Assembly (NCBI GenBank): GCA_016748015.1
Contig: JAAOMT010000684.1
Location: 62,001-126,000, forward strand
Reading direction: 5' to 3'
Length of the DNA stretch: 64,000 nt
Origin: Geosiphon pyriformis uo1
Lineage: Eukaryota; Fungi; Glomeromycota
Part shown: positions 53,795-64,000 of the stretch, piece by piece
Layout: each line of letters starts with the position of its first letter
How positions within the stretch are numbered: the stretch's first letter is position 1
Notes under the pieces: generated by a model
What the model saw: only the letters and a program-made list of their open reading frames with translations
Databases searched by the model: none
Told to the model about the DNA's origin: nothing
Made by a program: the position numbers and the translations under genes

Positions 53795-54289
53795 TGTTCA
53801 GGTTTCCCTGATTATGTCCAAAGTTAGAATTACGATATAATTTTATTTCTACGCTTTTTATTGTTTACAATAACCGTTATAATATATTTTAAATAATGAC
53901 ATCAGATTTTGATGAGAAAGCACACATACCCGTGACTTAAAAAAAAATTTCACGATCCTATGGTAATATATATTTTTGAGGTGATATTTTAATTATATCA
54001 TTACAAATTTTCAGCCAATCCAATCATATATTGATATATTAGTTGCTGGCTTTATTCAAGTAATATTAATTAGTTTATCACACGCAAAAAAAGATAAGTA
54101 TTGGTTTTAACATTCTGTTCAATGATAATTTCTGGAATCTTATATGCATAAATTTATTTTTAAAATATTGGTAACTTTTATAGCAATTATTAATTCCATA
54201 TATAGATTTTTTACCTCAAAAAATTAAAAATATGTTTATTATTAATTGTAACACATCAGTAGTAGGCATTGTAAGATTATTATTTCTTG

Positions 54290-54664
54290 CATGACCCTCA
54301 GGAGAGGATCAAAGCTCTATCAAGCAATGCCTGGAGGGGAATCCTTTTAATCTCTGTGCATTAAAGCCCTGCAGCTGTACACTTAAAACCCTCTGATGAT
54401 TTTTACTACCATACCAGCTACAAGACTTGGATTATAAGATGAAATTACGGACTCCTAACTCCTCAGTCTTGGCTATCAGATGTTGACAGAAACGGTAATA
54501 CCCCAAGGAAATATTTTTCAGCCGCCTTACAATTCATCATGTCTGACATCTCAAACGGCAGCAATTGCGTCAAACTCATGATTTAAGAACACAATCGTCT
54601 TTTTGTGGATTTCACTCCTGTGGACGTACAATCTTTCGTCATAGGTGCGAGACTGCTTTTTTGA
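54290..54664 (+). pseudogene. Possible degraded coding fragment in a relatively GC-rich island, unidentified
   Basis: One frame of 125 codons with three internal stops (TAA, TGA, TAA); higher GC than its flanks; no recognisable motif. Confidence 0.25.
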
Positions 54665-55799
54665 GTCATTGAAATAGAGACAGTCAATTTTAAATGAGGT
54701 AAGTGGGATTTATAATATTTTCGCTACTATAAAACTTCCATATTAGGAAATCCCGGTGGCATACAGCATCGGGAGTAAAGCAAATAGGTTAGCGTTTGGG
54801 TTTACAAATATATAGTGTAACAACCTTTTTTGTACCAATGATATATGTACTAGAATAAACTACCAATTTAAAATGGTAACGCTACTATTTTAGAACGAGT
54901 TTTTTAAAAAAGTGAAATAATCTAATTTCTAAAAAAGTTCTCAAATGCAAGAAAATTTTTTGTCATTGTAAATAAATAAGTATCATATTAATTGCAATTA
55001 AACCTATCTGTAAAAACTAACAAATTGATTTTAATTACTTAAGCAGCCATCTGTAACAAAAAATTTGATAATAATATATTATTTTCATCCCATATATAAA
55101 TGTATTAAAAACCTAAAATATGGTTTATATTATTCAAATTGAACAGAAATCAGGAAAATAATATGCCCAAATAATATCAAATCTATACAATAAATATTTG
55201 ACATTCAATCATATTTATGCAATTCAAAAAATTGTGCATACATATAATATTATGAATAATTTTAAAACTTTTTACACATATTTTTTATTGAATATGTTTA
55301 ATTAATTTAATTTATATTTTAATACTTAAGAGCGTTAGATGAACAAATATTTTTTCTATTTTAAAGGAATTTGTAATTGACTATAAATCATTAATTTAAT
55401 ATTTAGCATTATAAAAATAATTAAATAGTAAAAAATTCAAATTCATAAAAATTAATTTTCAAATTTCACAATAAATAAAGTTTTTATATTGTAAAAAAAA
55501 GTGCATATAAGCAATGTCAAAAGATTTTAAATTATTATAAAAATTCAATTTGCTAAAAATCAAAAAATTGCTAAAAAAACACAGTATAATATACTAACTG
55601 TTTTTGTTTTTATACAATAAATAATTATTCAAATAAAATAAAAATAAAAAAATATATATATTTTTTATAATTAATTTATTTAAAAGCATTTTTTAAAAAT
55701 TGATATTTTTTTATTATTAATATTAAATTAAGATATTACAAATAATATTATTATGTAACATCTATTATTTTTTGCTTAATTATTGTAAAACCAAAGTTT

Positions 55800-58700
55800 T
55801 GCCAATCAAAGTTTAATTATTAATTCGTTAATTTTTGAAATTTTTATAACTTTTGTATATTATTATGTAAATAAAAATTTATAATTATTATTTAATTCAA
55901 TTCAATATTAATTATTTAGCTTATTAATTAACAACTTGAAATTTTTTTTAATTTATAATATTCAATTGTTATAATACAACAAAATAGATATAACTATGTA
56001 GCAAATAAGTAAATAACTAATTTAAAAAAAGTGTTTGATAACTGGTATTGATTTATTTAAAAAACCAAAAACCAGTTCGATCTTTTTTTTTATGTTTAAA
56101 TAAATTTTATTAGTAACTAACTGCATTAATAAACTAACTAGAATATTCAACATATTTAATGAATCTTTTTAATATATTACAAACCTATAATAATATTCTT
56201 TTTGAATAATACTTTATTATTACAACAAATTTGTTGAAATATTACAAGTGAAATTTTCTAATTAATTTAAATAAATTTTTTATATTATTTGCAGATTTCC
56301 AAATAACTTTGGAAATTAGATAATTTTTTTTATAAAACCAGATATTTAATCTGATTTCTATTTTTTTAGAGTTTAAGATTTTCTTGACTTTATCATTTTT
56401 TAATCTGAATAAGTAAAAAAACTCTTTACAACAATTGATTTAACATAAGTTTTTATTAATAATACATAGAAAAAATTATGAATTTTAAAATATTTAAACA
56501 ACTTTAATTCAAGTAAAACTAGATTTACTTGTTAAACTACTGAAAATAGCTTTAATTTTTATAATTTAGTTTCTTATAAAATCTAATTGTCTTAATATTT
56601 TATTACAAAAATCATATTTTCTAATTTATTTAAAGCATTAGAGTTTTTTTACTATTTATTTGCTTGAATTTTTATTTAAACAATATTGATTTTTTAACTA
56701 TTAAAAAACTGAAATATAAATTTTATTTATAATTGGTAAAAATAATGTTACTTTAATTAAAGTTTAAATAACATTATTATATATAAACTCTATTAATACA
56801 CATAAATTATCTTGTTAATAGTTTACAAAACATTACAAATATTGTTCTAAATTAACTCATGACTATTAATTTAAGAATAAAAAGCTAAAGACAAAAAAAT
56901 CTGAACTTTTAAAAATTTAAAAACAAATTAAAACTTATAATCTGAAATTATTTTATCTAGAAGACTATAAAGTTTAACAATATTTTAGAAAACTAACTAA
57001 ACAGTATCTTTAAAAATTATGGTCTTTACACAAAAATAAAATAGGCTATTTTAGTTAATTGATTGATCATAAAAATAATCGAGTTTTTTCCATCTATAAA
57101 AAACAAATCTGTTATAAAGTTTATTAAAATAAATTTCAAAGACACTTTGAAATAGATAATAAATACAATGATCTAAAAATTTACAATATAGAACTTTAAA
57201 CATAAAACAAATTTACATAACTTTTAACAAATTAATACTATTATGACTATTAATATTTCTTAATAACCAATTCAAAAATTTTATTAATTCAAAATATCTG
57301 ACAAGTCAATTATTATAAATTTTTTCTGAAATTTTACAATCTTTTAAAATATAAATTAAGTTATTATAAAGTAAGATCTCATTATTGTATATATATATTT
57401 TTAATAGATAAATAAAAGTTAAAAGATTATATATTATATTCTAAACATAAATATCTGTAATTTTAGATCTTTTAATTATATTAAAAAGTTTCAAATTTAA
57501 ATAAACATTTGAAATAGCTCAATCTTAAATTGTTTAGACTATAATAATGTAATTTTTTGTTGATTATAAATCTTATTTTTTTTTAAGTTTAAATTTTAAA
57601 TATTATAAAAAAAACATTTATCTTATTTAATAACAAACTAAAATCATAAAAGATTATAAAGTCGAAATTAGCCATAAAAATTAACTTTTGAGCCTAATAA
57701 TAATTAAGTATTTTAATCATTATAAAATATTAAAGATTTTTATTATTACATAAAACTATAATTCGGTATTATGTATTGATAAAATAATACTGTTATTATT
57801 TAAAGACAGTAATAATTGTTAATAATTCGTTATTATAGATTTTATAATTAATTTTTTGATATTGCTTTTAAAACAAAATTTAAAGCATTAGTTTTCATTC
57901 TATATAACTTATTAAATTAGTATAAAATAAAACTATAACTATAATAAGAACTTTTGTAGAATCTAAAACGTAACACCTGGTTGAAAGTCTACTTAAATGA
58001 TCTATTCTTCTCTATTAAAACTATTAATAAAATAGCAAAATGTGAATAATTTTTAATAAATTAATAATAAAAATTGGCAAACCAGCGAAATTTTTAAACA
58101 TTTTTTACATAATAAAATGTTGTTCAATCTAAAATTATCTAGATTTTACTTTAATATATAAAAATATTTTTCAAGAAAATAAAATGCCCCAAAAACTTAA
58201 TTTTAAATTGGCATATAATTCATATTGTTTTAACTATTTAAAAACTAATATATATGTTTTTTATGCTTTTTTTAATTATTAAAGTAAATTAAAATATTGT
58301 TGAAATAGCATATTACAAAGTAATTCAAATAATATAAAAAATATTATTTATTAAATGTTAAAAAACTGCAAATATATTTTTTAATCTAAATAATATTACT
58401 AAATATAAAATAATTATAATATGTTCAAAAGACTGTTTTTTATTTGTTTTTTATATTTCTATTAAATGGTAGATTCTTTAAAAATTTATTTTTGTAATAT
58501 TTAACCAGCATATAATTGGTTTAATAGATTTAAAATCAAAAATAACAGATATTGATTCTTAATTATAATTTTATTAATATTTGACTTAATATTAACAGAT
58601 TGATACTTTTAGAGAGTAATTAACCTAATATAAACATTATTATCAAAAGAATTATCATAATTTTTTATTTGATCAATATTTAATTTTAATTATAACTACA

Positions 58701-60680
58701 TTTAAAAAAAGCTTGCCTAAAGTTTTACTAAAAACAAATACTTTATTTTGAATAGAGTTAATTATACTTTTAAGCTTTATATATAAAACAAAAAGTGTTC
58801 AACAAATTAATTACCAAAACAACCGAAAAATTAATCAATATAACAACAAATTTAATTAAAACAGCCAACTTAAAGATTTAAAATTTCAAAAAATTTAATT
58901 TAAATTTAGTTATAAGATCAATAACAGAAGCAATCAAAAAGCAACAATAGAATAAATTAAAAAGCTTAAAGTTAATTAAAAAACTTAAAAAAAAACCTAA
59001 AATTAAAAAACAAAAATACTTTAATATATGATTAATTAATATATAATATATATTAATTACTAATTATTATTATTTTATATATAATATTATAAAAATAACT
59101 ATTTAATTTCTTTTATTTAACAAATTTTGAATAATTTAGAAAATAAAAAATAATTTTTAATTTTATTTTAATTAGCAAATATTAATAATTAAAAATAAAA
59201 ATTTTAAGTTTAATATTATGTCTTTTAATTTATAAAATTTTAACTACTTTTTAGTTTTTATTTATTGTCTTTAATTAACTTGATTATCAATTTAGTTATT
59301 AATTTGGTTATTAACTTGATTATTAACTTGATTATTAACTTGATTATTAATTAAATTATTGATATAATTATTAATTTAATTATTAATTTTTTTAAGAGTA
59401 TATTTTTTTTATTTTTTTATTTTAAGAAGTAAAAGTAAATAAATAAGATTTTTTAAAACTATAAAAAAGCATTTATATTTGAATTTATATTCAGATCAAT
59501 ATAATAATATTAATTTTTTATTTTTTATTTATTTATTTTTTGATTTTTATAATTATTAGTTTTGGTAAAGTATATTGAATAAAACACTTACTAAAAAATA
59601 AAATTAATATCTAATATTGAATTCTAAAAGTGTTAATATGAAACATAAAATTATATCAATATGTTATTTTTTGTTAATAATACAGACTATCTTTTTACTT
59701 TTAAATTCTCTTGCTATTTTTGAAAAGAATAGTAATTAAAATATTTATAAAATTGATTTTATATATTAAATTCTTACTAATTCAATTTATTTATTAAAGT
59801 TGAATTATTTTTTTAATTATTTTATTATTATATGATGCTGTTTATTTTGTTATTTATTAATGTATTATATCTTATTATAATACTACTATTAATATAAAAA
59901 GCTCTAATATTTGTTTTTTATAAAAAAACTATCAAAATTTTTATATATACCAAAGATTTTTAAATTTAATAAAATTTTTAAGAACTAATTTTATGTAAAA
60001 TAAATACCAAAAATTACAATATTTTATTCAAATAAATTATCTATAATACCATATTTTTTAAAGTTCAAATATTTAAAATTTTAGTTTTATTAAAAAAATA
60101 TTAAAGTCTTATAAATTTATTAATAGACTTTGTTAAGTTAATAATGCTTAATAATAATATATTTTTAAAACAGTTCTATTTAACAATAATTTCATTTCTA
60201 AATTGTACTTCTATTGATTTTTATTTTTATTTTTATAAAATAACAATTTAAATATTTAAAAAATATTTAGTTTAACTAAATTTGATAATTAATATTAATA
60301 ATCTTTTTTATATTTAATATTTTTTGATTAATTATAATATTTGCAAGTAATATATTAGCAAAATATAGTTGATTACTTTTTTTATTTTCTTAAAATTTTA
60401 TTAAATTGTAGACTTAATCACAAAACTACTTATTAAGAAATTAACCAAGTCTAAATTCAATTATTTTCTGAAGTTTTTATATTTTTTAGAGCTATTCTTA
60501 TTAAAATCATTATTTAAAACTACAAAAAATTTTTATTTATAGTTTTAATTAAATCTTATTAACCTAAGTCAGTCTTATCTTAATAAAGTACCAACATAAA
60601 ATCTTAAAATTACAAAAAAAAAGATTATTCTTAAAAAACAACTTAATTAACAATAGTTAATTAATTATCTTAAAACATTA
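55800..60680 (-). mobile_element. Hypermutated Ty3/Gypsy LTR retrotransposon (pol remnant)
   Basis: Minus-strand order RT, RNase H, integrase: KTVF*TYYN/YLVILFRLKN (~58440-58375; KTAFRT.YG..YLVMPFGL.N), FVICYFNNILIY (58319-58284; YxDD), KFLGHFI, FANFYY*FIKNYS, MKTNALNFVLKAI (57898-57860; ETDASDFALGA), INFITDLFFIDGKNSIIFMINQLTKIAYFI (~57125-57035; MDFITDLP..VDRLTKMAHFI), IVKLYSLLDKIISD. LTRs not identified; ends approximate. Confidence 0.88.
59275..59390. repeat. Degenerate 12-bp tandem repeat (unit ttgattattaac), about 9 copies
   Basis: About three near-exact copies around 59316-59350, with decayed copies on both sides; lies inside the Gypsy remnant upstream of RT. Confidence 0.75.
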
Positions 60681-60682
60681 TA

Positions 60683-61770
60683 CAGTCGTCTCTGAAATTA
60701 ACACCCGATTTTGGTATAACAAAGTACCTGAACATATACATTTAGTTTACTTCTTTGTTATTACTTTTTTGGACCAATATTTATTTGTTTACTTCTCCAT
60801 TACCTACTCAAACATTATGTAAAACAAAATTGGAATAAATATGCCTTGTACTCGCTCTTTATTAACTGCTGAGATAAAAGAAAAATTCTTGTGTATCTTA
60901 AAAAAATAAATACTGAGCAAATTGCAAAAAAAATGGAGCATGATCCCACAACAATATGATGTTTCATTAACAAGTATCAAAAAACCAGGAAAATCGAAAA
61001 TTTACTATGATCTGAACGCCCACCAGCTCTCAATAACAAAACAAAAAGTGCTCTTTTATGAAAAGTTAAAAATGAACAATGTAAACTACCACAAGAGATT
61101 GTTGATAATTTGAAGCTTAATTGTAGTTTAACAACAGCTTGTCGAGTACTTCATAATCATGGTATTTGAGGTTATATTGTAGCAAAAAAGCCTTTTATTT
61201 CAGAAAAATAAGCAGAGGCATGCATTTTTTGGTACAAAAAATATCAAAATAAAGATTTTTATTTTTGGAGATGGATAATTTTTTTAGATGAAACCAGTAT
61301 AAAAATTGCCAAACAATCTCAACAAATTAAAGTTTATAATATTGAATGCTTAATACTTAACTTTAAAAGTGGTCGACAATCAATAATGGTTTGAAGATGC
61401 TTTGTTGGAGAACTTAAAAGTCTATTAACATTTTGTGATGAATACAAAAAAAAACGGAAAAGATTATGAATTGACCAACCAGTTCTCCTAATCTAAATCC
61501 CATAGAAAATGTGTAAAAAATAATGAAGAACAATATTCAAAAACATGAAAACTTTCCAAGAACTATAGAAAAACTTAAAAGTACTCTAAAGAAAGAATAA
61601 TCAAGTTTTAATATGTCAGTTTTAAAATAGGTTGTAGACTTAATGCCACAAAGAATTGGAAGCAAATAGAGGGCCAACACACTATTAATTATTTATATAT
61701 ATATAAAAAGTTATATATATATAAATTAGGTTTAGAATAAATCAAATAAACAAAATTTAGACCAAAAACA
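60683..61770 (+). mobile_element. Tc1/mariner DNA transposon remnant (transposase pseudogene 60841-61688)
   Basis: Starts TA|CAGTCG at 60681-60688. Broken transposase: SERPPAL (GRP), VAKKPFIS, WRWIIFLDETS (FSDE), SIMV*RCF (MVWGCF), *PTSSPNLNPIENV* (WPxxSPDLNPIENVW). The second catalytic Asp region is deleted and the right TIR is only partly visible. Confidence 0.92.
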
Positions 61771-61799
61771 AAGATTTTTATTTTATTAAATTTGTTTAT

Positions 61800-64000
61800 A
61801 ATTTAAAGTTTAGTTCAATTTTTTAACTTAATTTAATAATAATAAAAATTAAAATTATTTGTTATTTTATAATGTTTTTTTGCTTTGCAGAATTATTTAT
61901 CTTTTTAATATTGTATATAGCAATCTTATAAATTAAATTGTCTATTGAAAAAAAGATACATAAAACTTATTTTTGAAAAAAACTTTAAATATACAATATT
62001 AAAAAGCTTGAAAGTTTAATCAATTTAATTTTAAGATTATTTAACTTAAAAACAACAAAAGTATAAATATTAAAGCTTACAGTTAGTATATTAGTAACTT
62101 TTATAAAAAAAACATCTAAAATTATATTTGAATTAAAAGCCAGTATCAAAAAAAATATCAGTCTGTAGAGAAAAAATGACCAAAAACAATACATTAAATT
62201 TGGAAAACATACTTAAAATCTTATTTAATAGTAGTTCTAAATTTTGCTTAAATATATTCAATCTTAATTTCAAAGTCAAAAACCCAAATTTTAAAAAGGT
62301 TTTATCTAAAGTGTACTTAAATTATTATTATGTTCAAAAAAATAATTAAAAAAACTATTTATACTTAATATTTTTTATTAAAAACAATCAAATATAAAAT
62401 ATAAACATTTTTTTTGCATAAAACTAACAAGTTAAGTTTAATTTAAATCTGATAATATATGTTTAACAAATTTTTGGTTGAACTTTTAAAAAATTATATT
62501 TTAATTCAATATAACTAAAATATTTACAATTTTTATAGTAAGTTTAATTTAAGACAAATTAATTTTACTAAACACTAAAATTATACAATAAGTTTTATTT
62601 AAATATTTTTTAGTTTTAAAACAAATTGTAATATATCTTATTTTATTATTAATAATAAAATTATAATTAATAATACATTTATTTTTCTTATAATTTTTTG
62701 TTTTAGCTTAATAAAATATAATTAAATTAATATTATCTTATTAAACTTAAATACAACTATAATAATTGTTTTTTTAAAAGCATTTATTAAAATTTTTTAA
62801 CAATTATTACTAATTTAAATATACAGAAAATTTTTTAAAATTATTATTTACCAAAATATTTTTATTTGTAATTAATATTATAGTTTTTTTTAAACTAGTC
62901 TTTAATATAAACATAAATCTAATAATTTTCTAATTTTTTTTAATAATTTATAAATTAATATTCAAAACAAAATTATTTTTTAATAATTATTTATACTAAC
63001 TAATTAAATTTCAAAACAATAAAAAAAGTAGATAGAATTAATCTTTTTTTATTATTAAATAGAAAAAATACTAATTTATTGGTATTTAATCTTTTTGCTT
63101 TTAAAATATTTGTTTAAGAGATCAAAAAAGTTTTACTATTATTATCTGTTTTAAATCTAATATTAATTACTATAAGTCATTTTATCTTCTTTTTAAATTA
63201 GTTTTTATGTTGTTATATTTCTTAATATTAGCCAAACTTTTATCCAAAAACAAAATTATTTGAGTTTTTAATATTTTTATTTATGTTTTTTGGCTTTTTT
63301 ATAAAAGTATTATCAATAAAATTATAATTAATTCTTTTTGTTACCTTTTTTAAATATATTGTTACTAGTAGTAGTTATTAGTTTCTAAACAAAAAAATTT
63401 GTATTTTGTAAAAGTATTAAATAATAAAACAGAAAAAAACAAAAACTTTTTTTTTTAAGAAATTTGGAGAAAAAAGAAGTTTTTTTATTTTATAGATAGT
63501 AATTAATATGTATTTGTTAAATAAAATAATAATTAATAATATATGTTTTATTTTTATTTAAATTAGATAATTTTATATATTATATAGCTTAATTTATATA
63601 TATAAATTTTCTTTAATATTATCAATAATTTTGTTTTTAATATTTCAAATTTTTTTATCTTTTACTGTTTTTATATATATATTAATAAAGATAAATTATT
63701 TATTTATTATTATTTTGTATTAATATATTTGATATATGTTTTTTGTTATAATTTAATAAGTTGTATCTTAAATAATTTTTTTAATAATATTATAAATAAA
63801 ATTCTCTATAGTTTTAATAAATTTTTTTATTGTTTTTGTTAATTTTATTAATTTGGCTAAGTATTAATCTGAAAATATAATTGTTATAATAGTTTAAAAA
63901 ATTAATTTATTATTAATTTAATTTAATGTTGAACAATAAAATTAATTTATTACAAAAACAAAAAAAAATAATATTATATTTATTAATTATTAAAAGTTAT
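61800..64000. other. Extremely AT-rich decayed repeat DNA, unidentified
   Basis: Same composition as the decayed Gypsy and MULE blocks; no readable motif found. Confidence 0.5.

Noticed and set aside
55780-55970. Chromodomain at the end of the Gypsy integrase
   Set aside because: Only faint traces; too eroded to call a chromovirus.
59275-59390. Short repeats considered as a CRISPR-like array
   Set aside because: Head-to-tail 12-mers with no spacers, inside a retrotransposon in eukaryotic DNA.

Overview
Eukaryotic, AT-rich, intron-rich fungal DNA. The gene content (Sel1, BTB-BACK-TLDc, TPR, Kelch and F-box families) suggests an early-diverging fungus, most likely Glomeromycotina; this is an inference. 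About 15 mostly spliced protein genes can be rebuilt by hand: TPR, Sel1, a small secreted SOD-fold-like protein, Kelch-TM, DUF4097-like, F-box, two-repeat Myb, ABCB/MDR1, SWIRM, COX12, BTB-BACK-TLDc, an HBL/ClyA-like helical protein, a prolyl oligopeptidase, F-box-Kelch and a PB1 protein. Three results are invisible in the ORF track. (1) The prolyl oligopeptidase is spliced in frame to a signal peptide and an 8-Cys hevein/CBM18 chitin-binding domain, with a KR dibasic site at the junction. (2) A fossil IS607-type element at about 19.3-20.45 kb carries a degraded Fanzor2/TnpB RNA-guided nuclease and a probable scrap of its serine recombinase. (3) The very AT-rich blocks are transposons (MULE-like with long TIRs, Ty3/Gypsy, Tc1) eroded by pervasive C>T/G>A transitions outside CpG, a RIP-like pattern. 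A perfect 42-bp tandem duplication lies upstream of the MDR1 gene. All exon boundaries and family calls come from manual reading; no database search was run.
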